Source of the DNA: Octopus sinensis
Lineage: Eukaryota
Reading direction: 5' to 3'
DNA length: 64,000 bases
Assembly: GCF_006345805.1 (NCBI RefSeq)
Contig: NC_043000.1
Location: 13,206,001 to 13,270,000 of the forward strand
Shown here piece by piece: positions 24,338 to 38,014 of this stretch. A model generated the notes under the pieces. It did no database searches. It worked only from the letters and a program-made list of their open reading frames with translations, and was not told the origin of the DNA. The stretch's first letter is position 1. Every line of letters begins with the position of its first letter. A program made the position numbers and the translations under genes.

Positions 24338-24994
24338 TGTATATGTGTGTACATATCTATCTAAACATACATACATGTGTGTGTGGTGTGTGTGTGTGTG
24401 TGTGTGTGCTTGCGTGCGTGTGTGTATGTACGATTGTATTTATGTATGTTTATCTTTGCGTTTATATATTTCTCTCTTACCGCTTGACAATCGGCTGTTA
24501 GTATGTTTATGGCCTCATAACTTAACAGGTTCAGCCATAGAGACCGAACGTATGAATACCAGACGTAAATAATCTCAAGTATTGGAGTGGATCTGTTCGA
24601 CTAAGATCTTCCAGGGTAGTGCCCCAGCTTGGCCGCAGTCCAGTGAATGAAACAAGTAGCACTGAGACTAAAGCTAAAATTAAAACCAAACCATATTGAT
24701 AAACAAGTAAACAAATATATTTACTCATAACATTGGTATGAGGAAGGAGAAATGTATCACAAGGATACGCAACTTTGAAAACATGAAGAAGATTGTTAAA
24801 AGTATACGCTAAAGGAATAGTGAGGCGGGTGGGCTGTGTATATTGAACCTCCACCCCGACTCTGAGCCAAGGAGGTTGCTCCCTCCTACCCAACCCTCGC
24901 TCGCCACTATTTTCTGTTTACTATTTACCAATCCTCCTCACAACCGTCAGTTCGGAAATAACGTTTAATGGAGACCAAATGTGCCGTTCTAAGC

Positions 24995-25062
24995 CGAATG
25001 AACTTATACGTACGTACATGCATGCATACATACATACATACATACATACATACATACATACA

Positions 25063-25096
<34 letters not shown>

Positions 25097-25314
25097 CATA
25101 CATACATACATATATACATACATATATAGATACATACATACATACATATATACATACATACATACATACATACATACATACGTACGTACGTACATACATA
25201 CATACATACATACATACATACATACATACGTACGTACATACATACATACATACATACATACATGCTTACATACATACGTACGTACATACATACATACTTA
25301 CCATGCATGCATAC

Positions 25315-25345
<31 letters not shown>

Positions 25346-25995
25346 CATACATACATACATACATACATACATACATACATACGTACATACATACGTACAT
25401 ACGTACATACATACATACGTACATAGATACATACATACATACATACGTACATACGTATATACATACATACATACGTACATACGTATATACATACATACAT
25501 ACGTACATACGTACATACATACATACGTACATACATACATACATATATACGTACATACAAATATACATACGTACATGCATACATACATACGTACATACAT
25601 ACATGCATACGTACATACAAACATACATACGTACATGCATACATACATACATACGTACATACATACATACATACGTACATGCATATATACATATGTACGT
25701 ACATACATACATGCATACGTGCATACGTACATACACACATCCATACATACACATACATACATACATACATACATACATACATGCATACGTACGTACGTAC
25801 GTACATACATACATACATGCATACGTACATACATACATATATACATACATACATACATACGTACGTACATACATACGTACGTACGTACGTATATACATAC
25901 ATACATACATACATACGTACGAACATACATATATACATACATACATACCATGAATAGATACATACATACATACATACATACATACAAACACTTAT
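24995..25995. repeat. ~1 kb (TACA)n compound microsatellite
   Basis: Direct reading. Confidence 0.97.
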
Positions 25996-26516
25996 ATACA
26001 TACATGGTGTATATGTGTATTTGAGTGTGTGTGTTTGTGTGTGTGTCGGTGCGCTTGTTTGTATGTTTTATTTTTAAGTTTGCGACAAAAAAAAAACTGA
26101 AGTTAACTTGATGTATTGTTAATTGTGGTAGAGATATAGATCGTAATGCTAGCGTACGTGGTGATGTTGTTCTCGTTGCTGTTGTTGTTGTATAGTTCCA
26201 GACCAGTTCTGATCGGTTGATTTGGATGCTTGAATCATCAAGGAGACTAAAATTCCGGACACTAAAATTCTAACCGACTACGAGTGAATAGATCCGAAGT
26301 CCTAGCAGCAGCGGCAGCAACCATCCAAGAATTTGGACCTGGAGATCTCCATTTCTAGCCACATCGAGGCCCACCTCCCCAGTGGTGTTGGGCGTCAACG
26401 AAGAGCCCTCGATTACAACAAGACGACCAAAGTTTTTTTTTTTTTTCAACGTTTGGGGGTCTCCTGCCCCCTAAGCCCTAGACCATCACCTAATCACCCT
26501 TACCCGTCTTGTTGCT

Positions 26517-26517
26517 T

Positions 26518-26551
<34 letters not shown>

Positions 26552-26752
26552 CAACAACAACAACAACAACAACAACAGCAGCAGCAGCAGCAGCAGCAGC
26601 AACGAGAACAGCAACAATAATAACAACAACAGCAACACCACCACCATCACTAACAACCACAGTAACAACAAGAATAACAACAACAGCAGCAGCAGCAGCA
26701 ACAACAACAACAATAAACAATAAAAACACAGCAGCAATAACAACAACAGCAA
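26517..26752. repeat. (CAA)n/(CAG)n microsatellite
   Basis: Direct reading. Confidence 0.95.
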
Positions 26753-26754
26753 CA

Positions 26755-27300
26755 TAGAGACCTGGATGCTGTGTTGCTGTAGCAGTTTCTCCCTACCGTG
26801 GTGTTCAGGAGCAAGATTATTGCTGTGTATAATGATATCTTTCCGGCGATGGTAGAGAATGGCCTCATATGGGAACTGTTTAATATTCTTTTTTATTCCT
26901 TCTGATTCTTTTGGGTCGGGAGAAGTCTTTGTTGCGGAAACATGAGATGTTCAGGAGCATCTTCTTCGGGCTAGGATCCAAGATCGCTGTGTAAGGTGTA
27001 CGTGGATGATGTCATCGTCGTGGTTTCAGATACATCGAAAATCCAGGTGGTTAGCATCGCTTTGAATGAGTTCGAGGTAATTGCCGAAGCATTCATTAAC
27101 CAGGACAAGTCCGAGTGCTTGCAACTCAGCTATGCAGACTGACAGCAGTGTTTCAGTCTGATTCTAGCCAAGAACAAAGTCTGGATCGAGTTTCCAAGAA
27201 AGTAGTAACTGGGATGAAGTTGTGAACATGATGAACAGTCTCACTTAAAAATGAAAGGAATCTTTCCTTCAAATACGGGCAGAGGTGATGAACATTACCT
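26755..27300 (+). mobile_element. L1/Tx1-like LINE RT remnant
   Basis: Translation near 27000 gives YVDDVIVVVSDTSKIQVVSIALNEFEVIAEAFINQDKSECL (YxDD plus IN-x-x-KS pattern). Confidence 0.75.
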
Positions 27301-27317
27301 CTGTAATCTATAAATGC

Positions 27318-27563
27318 GAGCTGGCAGAAACGGCGGCGAGCTGGCAGAACCGTTAGCACGCTGGGCGAAATGCATAGCCGTATTTCGTCTGACGTTACGT
27401 TCTGAGTTGAAATCCCGCCGAGGTCGACTTTGACTTTCATCCTTTCGGGGTCGATAAATTAAGTACCAGTTACGCACTGGGGTCGATGTAATCGACTTAA
27501 TCCGTTTGTCTGTCCTTGTTTGTCCCCTCTGTGTTTAGCCCCTTGTGGATAGTAAAGAAATAC
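27318..27563 (+). mobile_element. SINE family A, full length with duplicated head
   Basis: 15-bp TSD gtaatctataaatgc at 27303-27317 and 27564-27578. Confidence 0.92.
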
Positions 27564-27882
27564 GTAATCTATAAATGCTTGACCATTGTAATCTTCAGAC
27601 TGCTTTTAACCAGACTGAATCGTTTTTTATTTCACATATAGCCGAAAGGATGTGCTCCACTAGTCAGAAAGTTTGTATGGAGCCAACACTGTCTGTATGG
27701 CGGTTCGATAAGTCGTAGATGATGATAATACTCTAACGTGCTGCGGTTGCGAAAATCTGCAGAGATTCTAAGACGATGAGAATGTGTACTCACCGTTTGT
27801 GAAATATATCTTTCTTTATATTGGGTTTTTGATGGAGCTGCCGTTCTAACCAAATGAAGTTCAAGACAAAGAAAGGGTTCTG

Positions 27883-28255
27883 TTACTCTTTTACCTGTTT
27901 CAGTCATTTGATTGTGGCCATGCTGCAGCACTACCAGGACTTATTCTTTGTAAGCCTAGCACTTATTCTATCGGTCGCTTTTGTCGAACCGCTAAGTTAC
28001 GAGGAGGTAAACACACCAGCATCGGTTGTCAAGCGATGTTGGGGAGACAAACACAGACACACAAACACACACACACACACATACATACATATAAATATAC
28101 ATATATACGACGGGCTTCTTTCAGTTTCCGTCTACTAAATCCACTCACAAGGCTTTGATCGGCCCGAGGCTATAGTAGAAGACACGCAGTGGGACTGAAC
28201 CCGGAATCATATGGTCGGTAAGCAAGCTACTTACCACACAGTCACTCCTACGCCT
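27883..28255 (-). mobile_element. SINE family B, near full length
   Basis: Head, core, microsatellite and tail all present. Confidence 0.9.
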
Positions 28256-28576
28256 ATGCTATTAGTATAAAGAATATAAGTTAGGCATTCACAGCTCTCT
28301 GCCAGCCAGGCTGCAGTCAGTAGCACATCTACTGTAGCATTTTAAAGAAGGTTAATGTAGGAAAACTTTGGGTATCGACGAAGATCAGTTAAGTAGGTCG
28401 GTACTTGTGGATAATTCCAGAAATCGCAGACTTGGGAGTACTACCAGAGCCACTGCCATTTTGGGATTAGTTCAACAAGCATAGAAGTGCTGTTAGTGTA
28501 GCCTGTTCAAGATACAAATGTGATTAAGATGCAAGGAGGTTTAGAGAAAGATAAAAAATTTAAAAAATTTTTTTCT

Positions 28577-28840
28577 TTATGGGCCCGGTTTCCCGGTTTC
28601 TATGGCGTATGTGTTCCCCCCAGCTGGACGGGACGCCAGTCCATCGCAGCGTTACTCAAGAAACAGGAAGAGAGAGTGAGAGAAAGTTGGGGCGAAAGAG
28701 TATAACAGGGGTTGCCACCACCCACTGCCGGAGCCTCGTGGAGCTTTAAGTGTTTTCGTTCAATAAACACTCACAACGCCCGGTCTGGGAATCGAAACCG
28801 CGATCCTCCGACCGCCAGTCCGCTGCCCTTTGCGCCTCCA
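28577..28840 (-). mobile_element. SINE family C variant
   Basis: Shared gggcccggtttcccggtttc tail and gactggcgtcccgtccag core. Confidence 0.8.
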
Positions 28841-29213
28841 AAATTATTATTAGATGATTAAAAATATATATGGTGAAACATATGTACAGAGAAATATATG
28901 AGTTTAAAACAAGGGCGGGTATTCGAGAAATATTCTGAACAGAAATAAGTTATTTGTTGGGAGGGACAAGGATAATAGAAAAGATATCGTTTTAAAATCA
29001 TTTAGAATTTTCTTTTCAAGTATAAAAAAATTGCAGGTATGCCTGTGTGGTTAAGACGCTTGTTTTGTAACCACGTGATTTCGGATTCAATCCCACATCG
29101 TGGCATCTTGGACATGTGTCTTCTACTATAGCCTCGGTCCTATCATTGCATCGTCAGGGAATTTGGTAGTCGAAAACTGCGAGAAAGCCCGTCGTGCCAT
29201 GATGTGCGATTGA

Positions 29214-29293
29214 AAAGCAACCTTCTTTATTTCATTAAAGGTTTTACAGAGAGGCCTTTATGACCTGTTTAATGAAATAAAGAAGGTTGCTTT
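29214..29293. repeat. 26-bp perfect inverted repeat between two opposed SINE B fragments
   Basis: Arms 29214-29239 and 29268-29293. Confidence 0.9.
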
Positions 29294-30585
29294 CCAGCCA
29301 CATGGTTCCAGGAAAGCAACCTTCTTACCACACAACTGTGCCTGCGCCTATTAAGAGAAATGTGAAATATAAAAAGTCAAAGTTGGGGGAAGCAACCAGT
29401 TTTAGTTGAACGGTAAATATATAAGAGAAAATATGAAAATTATGAGATACGAATGATATTGAATGTTATTAAAAAGAGAACAAAGGTGAATTAAATACAT
29501 TTTTGAATGCTATGGTTTTGCTGACAAGTTGAGAGAAAGAAATTTAGTCTTTTAGAATAAATACATTCCAGAAAAGCTGCAGATAGATGTAGATACAAAT
29601 GATGAGATTGGAGATAAAATTTAGGTTTCAAACAAAAATGGATTTTATCTAAACGTTACATTAAAATTAATATTGAAAAGCTGTATGCAGAAGGGTGATA
29701 GCAAACAAATTATTTTGTAAAGGGGTAACTAATGACATGTGTGTATGTATGTATGTATGTATGTATGTATGTATGTATGTATGTATGTATGTATGTATGT
29801 ATGTATGTATGTGTATGTATGTATGTATGTATGCATGTATGTATACATATGCATGTACCAGTAAATGCATATATATTTATACGTACGCGTATATAAACAT
29901 ATACGTATATACGTATACACGTACATATGTATATTTGTATGCATGTATGCATGTATAAACACATACTTATGCATGTACCAGTATATGCATATATATTCAT
30001 ACTTATACATACATATGTGTATATAAACATATATATGTACACGTGTATATATATATGTACATGTGTATATAAACATATATATGTCTGTTTGTCTGTCTGT
30101 TTGTCTGTCTGTCTGTCTCTGTATAAAATGGGTAAGAAGATGCTAATGTAAGCATATAATAGATGAATACCGATTAATGCTCAGACAAGTCCAGACACAT
30201 AAAATCCATCCTCCTAAACAGGGTAAAAATTCTACAGAATAGAGTTGGCTGTAAAAAATATATAGCTTGAGAGTGTAATAAACAGATAAAAGATAGGCAA
30301 GCACGTATATATGGCACTGTAACATTTATATCAGTTATAAATGATATTACATAAACGTAGCCATAAATGTATCTGGAGAAGAAAAAATTACATTCCTAGA
30401 TAGATCTTTACAGCTGTTTCAAAAATTCAGCTATTGGTTGATGTAATGATCTGTTTTTCACAAACGGGCGTTCATATTGATGCAATGATATACATCACAC
30501 ATGCTTCTGACTGACTGCGATTGACCGTTTCCGAAACCCTGGCCTTGCTGATTATTATAAACATCCAAATTTGCTCATCATAAAG

Positions 30586-30943
30586 CAGTGGTTCTCAACC
30601 ATTTTTTTTACCTAGGGATCTCTTTGATTCCTATTTTATTCGGGTGGATCCTCAGAGCCATTCAATGTTTTAAAAAATCCTATTGTATTTTTGTTATGTC
30701 GCACGTTCGGATGCCTCTACTACTCAACTCTAATCCACTCTACTCTGTTCTCCTCCGACTGCTACTCTCTTGACGTCTAGGCTTCTCCCTCTATATCTAC
30801 GTATTGAGCTAGCCTACTTCATCGTCCACACAACAATTTTTATAATTAAATACTATTAGGAAGATACTGCAGAAATATAAACAATTTATTGCTCATAAAT
30901 TTTAGCAACAAAATCTTATATGGATCCCGATTGAGAATCACTG
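30586..30943. mobile_element. hAT MITE
   Basis: TIRs CAGTGGTTCTCAA / TTGAGAATCACTG. Same family as 48985-49416 and 61976-62085. Confidence 0.8.
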
Positions 30944-30989
30944 CTCTAGAGCTAGACTAGAACAGCAACAATGAGAACATAGCAACAGC

Positions 30990-31315
30990 ATGGATCTCTG
31001 GTTTCTGTTATGCAGAAGTAGGTTTCTCAACTGTGTTCAAGGGCTGGATTACTGCAACGTATAGTGATTATCTTCTGGGTAATGATAGTAAATGGCCACC
31101 TTTGGGAACTGTTTGGTATTGTATGCTTGGTCTGTCAACGGTATCCTTTTTCTGCTCTTCTGTTCGTTTTGGGGTCGCGAGATTTTAATGCTGAAACTCG
31201 AGATGCTAAGAAACATTTTTTTCGGGCTAAAATTCAAAATAGAATGTATGCGTACGCAGACGACTTTTTTTGTCACGGTACTGTACACATCGAAAATCGA
31301 AATGTTCGATTCATT
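30990..31315 (+). mobile_element. L1/Tx1-like LINE RT remnant
   Basis: GFSTVFKGWI, IVNGHLWELF, PFSALLFVL and YAYADD. Homologous to 26755-27020. Confidence 0.75.
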
Positions 31316-32009
31316 TTCACTAGTCTAATTCTGACTACAGTCCCTTCTCTACTTTATTCTTTCTCGCTTTCCTTCTTTCTTTTTTCCATACTTGTCTCGC
31401 CTACTCTATTTCCCTCACCTTTACTAACATCGTCTCGCTCTCGATCTCACAACCTTTCTTCGTAACGATCTTTCCACCTCACCATCACTAACCCCACTTC
31501 TTTTCCTCTATCTCTTTATTGATAATTCTCATCTCTTGAATGTAAGCTTACTGCTTCAACGCTTCCAGCTTGAACACATTAATATTTCATGTTTACATGT
31601 CGATAAAAATTTTCTACTTTTTTGGTTTGCATTATTGCATCTGTGTGCATGCCCCTTTATTTAATAGATATTATTACATCAACCAATAACCGAATTTTTG
31701 AAACAGCTGTAAAGAACTATATATAGAAATATACGTTTTTTTCTTCGCCAGTTATATATTAATCTCTTTAATTCTTTTATTTGTTTCAGCCCATAGGCTT
31801 TGGTCATGCTGGAGCACCGCCATGTTTAAATTTATGTAATCTTTTTTATAAATGATGTAAATAATATAATGCCACATATACATGTCTGTGCTTGTCCAAT
31901 ATTTGTCTCCTCTCTCTCTCTCTCTCACACAACACACCACACACACACACACATATATAATATATATATATTATATTATATATGGTGTGTGTGTTTACAT
32001 ACTATATAT

Positions 32010-32045
<36 letters not shown>

Positions 32046-32054
32046 GATATATAC

Positions 32055-32122
<68 letters not shown>

Positions 32123-32127
32123 ATACT

Positions 32128-32345
32128 TTGATACTTTGATAGGTTTCGGCCATTATTGGCCCAGGCCATGTCTAACTTAATAGCACCACCTGGTGAAGTC
32201 TTTCAAGTCAGAATTGGGCACTATGGCCCACTCAAGTAGAGAGTTATTGTTTACAGAGACATATCTGGGTGTAGGGGGTTTATCCGGGATTTCTTGAAGG
32301 AATCTGTCCAAAGACTTCTTGAACCCTATAGGGTCAGTTTCTGTA
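32128..32345 (-). mobile_element. CR1-like LINE 3' end
   Basis: FKKSLDRFLQEIPDKP C-terminus followed by a short repeated tail (ttgatact). Confidence 0.7.
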
Positions 32346-32352
32346 TATATAT

Positions 32353-32415
<63 letters not shown>

Positions 32416-32778
32416 TATATATACATACACATACATATATATAGATATACATACACATACACACACACATAATTGTTCAATACAACCTAGTGTTAGAAAT
32501 GTGTTCATGTATGTTTGCTATGTTTTAGAAGATTTTGACGATCACTGGATCAGCTGGAAACGCAGTGACCGCAGTTGACACCCATTTCTTCTCAATCCGC
32601 TGATGTGCCCTGTTGACCGAAAGGCTGGTTGTGCGAAACTCTGATTCGGAAACAGTACCCTTCTTCATCGCATTCAACAGAAATCGCACACTCACACGCG
32701 CGCACACATAATACATATATGCATACATAAAATGCACATTGAAGTGACAAGTCGAGTATTTGACGTGGGAGACTATTT

Positions 32779-32990
32779 TTACTCTTTTACTCTTTTACTT
32801 GTTTCAGTCATTTGACTGTGGACATGCTGGAGCACTGCCTTTAGCCGAGCAAATCGACCCCAGGACTTATTCTTTGTAAGCCTAGTACTTATTCTATTGG
32901 TCTCTTTTGCGGAACCGCTAAATTACGGGGACGTAAACACACTAGCATCGGTTGTCAAGCGATGTTGGGAGGACAAACACAGACACACAA

Positions 32991-33057
<67 letters not shown>

Positions 33058-33208
33058 CGACAGGCTTCTTTCAGTTTCCGTCTACCAAATCCACTCACAA
33101 GGTTTTGGTTGGCCCGAGGCTATAGTAGAAGACACTTGCCACGCAATGGGACTGAGCCCGGAACCATGTGGTTGGTAAGCAAGCTACTTACCACGCAGCC
33201 ACTCCTAT
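32779..33208 (-). mobile_element. SINE family B, near full length
   Basis: All family modules present. Confidence 0.9.
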
Positions 33209-34111
33209 GGAAAATACAATGAATACTATCTCCAACTTTGGAGCCACAACTAGAAGCCTTGTTAAATAAGTGGTTAATCTTCAGATAATTAACTGAGGGA
33301 CCCTTTTTTTATTCACGATCGTTGTGATTTTCGACTGAAACTTGAATTTAGCATGCATAGAGTTACTACAAGCAACAAGGCTGGACACAACATCAACATC
33401 ACAATCGAGTAACTGAACGAAAACAATAGCTCAACGGGTGAACAATTTCTTTCTAGCTGTAGTTACATAAGAAACCGTAACGACAAAACTCTATTTAACT
33501 ACTACGAAACTCTATTTAACTGCTATGAAAAAGCGAAACAAAACCCCGGATCTATTCCATTTAACGGACAGGTTAAAAATTTTTTTTTTTTTAACTAAGC
33601 ACTTTGAAATTTCGGATACGGATAGAATGAGTTACATAGAATGGGGTTTACTCTTAACGTTTTTGACAAAATTTTGTATTTTAGAAGTTATTTCGTGTTA
33701 AAATTGTCGTGTTTGTGTAATTTCAACCAATGAATGACGTGTATTCAGCTGATGAAAATTACTGCTGCTGTTTGCGAACAACAACTTCTTGGTCCATTGA
33801 CAAATCCAATTCCCATATCTTGGGCATGAACAACATCAAAGGACATAAACTCGAAAAGAACTAGTCTACATCATCTCACTCCTAATGGACCAACCGGGTG
33901 CCCGGACACCAACCCAGGCATTTCCACGTCCCCGCGCACACATACATGCATATACACACATGTACACATTGTTGGATAGCCGTTGACTCCCCATGAGCCA
34001 TTTCATACATACATACATACATACATGCATACATACATGCATACATGCATACATACATACATACATACATACATACATACATACATACATACATACATAC
34101 ATACATACATA

Positions 34112-34328
34112 GGAGGGGGTGCTGGAAAGTTCATGGTTTTGGGTAAAAGGAAATACAGGAAAATCAATTAATTATGATTTTATTCAATATATTCCCCTCT
34201 CTGACTCACACAACTTTTGCAGCTGTCTTTCACTTTTTACAAATCTTATAAAAGAACTGTTGAGGTTGGGCCTCTAACCAGATCTTTCGCGACATCCTTA
34301 AAGCCAGGAACTTTTCGGCACCTCCTCG
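34112..34328. mobile_element. Mariner-derived MITE
   Basis: TIRs (C/G)GAGGGGGTGCTGGAAAGTTC / GAACTTTTCGGCACCTCCTCG with TA TSD. Second copy at 43885-44103. Confidence 0.85.
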
Positions 34329-34404
34329 TATGTACATACATACATACGTAGTACGTACATACATACATACATACATACATACATACATACATACATACAT
34401 ACGT

Positions 34405-34566
34405 AGGCGCAGGAGTAGCTGTGTGGTTAGCTTGCTTCCCAAATACATGGTTCCGGGTTCAACCCCACTACATAGTACCTTGGGCACGTTTTCCTATGAT
34501 AGCCAGGGGCTGGCCAAAGCCTTGAGTGGATTTGGTAGATGGAAACTGAAAGAAGTCCGTCGTATA

Positions 34567-34625
<59 letters not shown>

Positions 34626-35075
34626 TAGGGTTCCAAAAAAAAATTATAGAAAAGTTCTTTGGTACCAATGGTCATAGAAAAATACAGTGTACATTTAAAC
34701 ACATAAGAGATGACCATAATAGGGCATCTGACTCACTAGAAAGAGTAGTTAAACTCCAAGCCACTAATAGTCATAGTTCTGAAAGGGAATGAAAGGGTAA
34801 ATGTCTTTTTTTAATTTTTCATTCCCTTTCAGAATTATATCTATTAATGGCTTGGAGTTTAACTACTCTTTCTAGCGAGTCTATGTTTGTCCCCTGCCAT
34901 CGCTTGACAACCGATGATGGTTTGTTTATGTCGACGTAACCTAGCGGTTCAGCAAAAGGAAGGCTGATAGAATATGTACTAGGCTTACAAAGAATAAGTC
35001 GTAGGGTCGATTTCTTCGACTAAAACCCTTTAAGGTGATGCTCCAGCAAAGGCTGCAGTCAAATGACTGAAAGGA
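34405..35075 (+). mobile_element. SINE family B interrupted (34622-34881) by a fold-back insert
   Basis: Head at 34405, tail resumes at ~34882. Confidence 0.85.
34730..34881. repeat. ~65-bp imperfect fold-back
   Basis: gactcactagaaagagtagttaaactccaagcc...gaatgaaa mirrored by tttcattcc...ggcttggagtttaactactctttctagcgagtc. Confidence 0.9.
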
Positions 35076-35084
35076 AACAATACG

Positions 35085-35112
35085 TACATACATAAATGCA
35101 CACATACATACA

Positions 35113-35144
<32 letters not shown>

Positions 35145-35200
35145 CATACGTACATACGTGCATTCATACATGCATACATACATACATACACATACATACA

Positions 35201-35232
<32 letters not shown>

Positions 35233-35585
35233 CATACGTACATACATACATACATACATACATACATACATACATACATACATACGTGCTACTACATACA
35301 TACATACATACATACATACACACATATGTACATACATACATACATACGTACATACAAACGCACATACATACACACATACGTGCATACATACATACATACA
35401 TACAAACAAACGTACGTACATACATACATACATACATACATACAAACGTACGTACATACATACATACATACATACATACATACAAACGTACGTACATACA
35501 TACATACAAATGTACGCTCATACATACATGCATACAGACAGACAGAGGTACATACATTCATAGTTACATGCATGCATGCATGCAT
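35085..35585. repeat. (TACA)n microsatellite
   Basis: Direct reading. Confidence 0.95.
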
Positions 35586-35746
35586 ACAATTGAAAATGAA
35601 ACCGAGTGGAGGTGAGAGATGAAAAGAGACATTGTGCATAGTTAGTATTTGACGCTACCTATTCAAGAGTCGTGGGTGCATGTCCACAGTAAACTGTTAT
35701 GTTTCTGGTCGTTTAGATACTGAATGAGAAATTTGGATTGATGTAG

Positions 35747-35782
<36 letters not shown>

Positions 35783-36078
35783 CACGCACACACACATACA
35801 TACACACACACGCATATATATATATGCAGAGAAAGAATATAGATGTAAATGAATTAATTAATCAATATATATTATTCATAGTGTTAATAAAGATCAGAGC
35901 CAGAGATTAATAGAGTCACATTGTCTGACCTCATCGATGTTTGAAGTATTCACGCCATGCTTTTTGCCGTTGCATTTCCCTTTGAAGATAGATTCTGTTT
36001 ATGTGTCTAACAAGATGTATCTTTCACTGTCTGTTGCCAATTTTCCAAAGCTTTGTCTCTTTCCCTCTTTAGCTTTCC

Positions 36079-36315
<237 letters not shown>

Positions 36316-37206
36316 AATGCTTTCATGTTTGATGTTCCCTTCCACAGATTTCTATTATTTGGCCTGCTCTTCTAGAAACGATTAATTAACATGACAATAC
36401 TTCACACTCACTTCTCCTAGCTATCACTGTTCTTTTATGTATATAAGCTCAAGCATGTGATGTTGCTTTTATACGTTTGCTTGTAGATCCTGTTGAAACA
36501 TACACAGATTTTTCTCCCTTCAAATGAAAGACACAGCAGGTTTGTTTGCAGTATTTCGTTCATATATCATCAATAGTTATTGTTTCTGTGGTAATTGAGC
36601 TAAAATCCTGGTTTTAGCAATCTGGAGACTTGTAAGTGTGTTTTTAATATTCCCTAATTATTTCGATCAGAGTAAAGTTGACAGCTTTCATATTTATCTG
36701 GAACGTCGTTTAATCTGATCCAAAAAGCCGAGACTATTGTGTGATATGAAACCAATTCAACCGTAAAACAGGCCCAACTGTTAATGAATGAATCAATCCA
36801 TGGGAAATTGACTGAAAAGCGTTCCATTTGGATATGTGTGCATCCACGTACCCATCTCTCTCTCGTTCTCTTCTGTCTCTCTCTCTTCACTGGGGAAAAT
36901 GAGTTTGAAACTTCCTACTATTGCTCACCAGACCGAACTATGCGTGTCCTTCTCAGATAGTGTTTGATGAATAATGTTACTTATATGTGTATATGTGTTT
37001 TCTTGTATGTGTGTGTGCGTGCATGTGCGTGTGGTTGCGAATATATCAATATCATATATAAATTATTATATATTATGTGTATTGTATACTTGTGTGTACA
37101 CGTCTGCATGATACGTGGATAACTTGATAAATATATTGTGTGCATGTGTAAATATATGATTACAAATTTATGTACGTATACATATAGGTATACATGCAAG
37201 TATGCT

Positions 37207-37249
<43 letters not shown>

Positions 37250-37304
37250 GTACGTATGTATGTATGTATGTATGTATGTATGTATGTATGTATGTATGTA
37301 TGTA

Positions 37305-37595
37305 CTAGCTGACGTACCCGGTAATTCCCGGGAAAGCGGGGCTTATCCCTTGGTTCCGTCCTCATAATTGTTTCGCTAATCCAATAAAAACAATACAAAA
37401 TGTGTAGCCCTTAAAACAGTTTTTGTGCATTTACAGAGAATACCGAACTGTCTTACACAATATCTTGTTTTGAGGAATTCCCAATAAGTTATGAATACCC
37501 AAATTGTGAAACAATTATGAGAACGGAACCAAGCGATAATATGAAATTAGTTACCTGATAGTAAGAATTCAAATAAAGTAGCCCCGAAAAGGGCT
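37305..37595 (-). mobile_element. Helitron 3' end (5' extent uncertain)
   Basis: Minus strand has hairpin CCCGG-GAATTA-CCGGG (37317-37332), 8 nt, then CTAG|T at 37305. Confidence 0.65.
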
Positions 37596-37600
37596 TTAAT

Positions 37601-38014
37601 GGGATCTTTTCGGTTTGAACGGCAGTTTTTTCTAGCGGTGTCATATGAAATTGTCACCCATAATTATGACCCTAGTATCGATCTATTGCATTTCAATCTG
37701 TTTTAGGGATTAGGGCTGGGGGGAAGGGTATCTATTTTTCTTCAGAAATGTAAATAAACCCAATCTGTTTCTTAAACGAGGGACATATTCATACGGCACA
37801 GAATGTTTTCACCTCAATAGACGGTCATTGATTGGTTGAAATTGCCGAAATGCAAGAAATTAAAGACTAAATATCTTACAAACTATAGAATTTTCTCAAT
37901 AAAGCCAAGAGAAAAAGATGTTTTATAAACACATTCTACCAGTATACGGAGTTTAAAATTTTTTAGTTACCTAGAAATTATGTTAAAAACTGCCGTTCAG
38001 ACCGAAAAGATCCC
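37601..38014. mobile_element. MITE with ~30-bp TIRs (GGGATCTTTTCGGTTTGAACGGCAGTTTTT)
   Basis: Both TIRs visible, tttaat on both sides, internal TTAGGG-like motifs. Second copy at 54477-54912. Superfamily unassigned. Confidence 0.85.
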
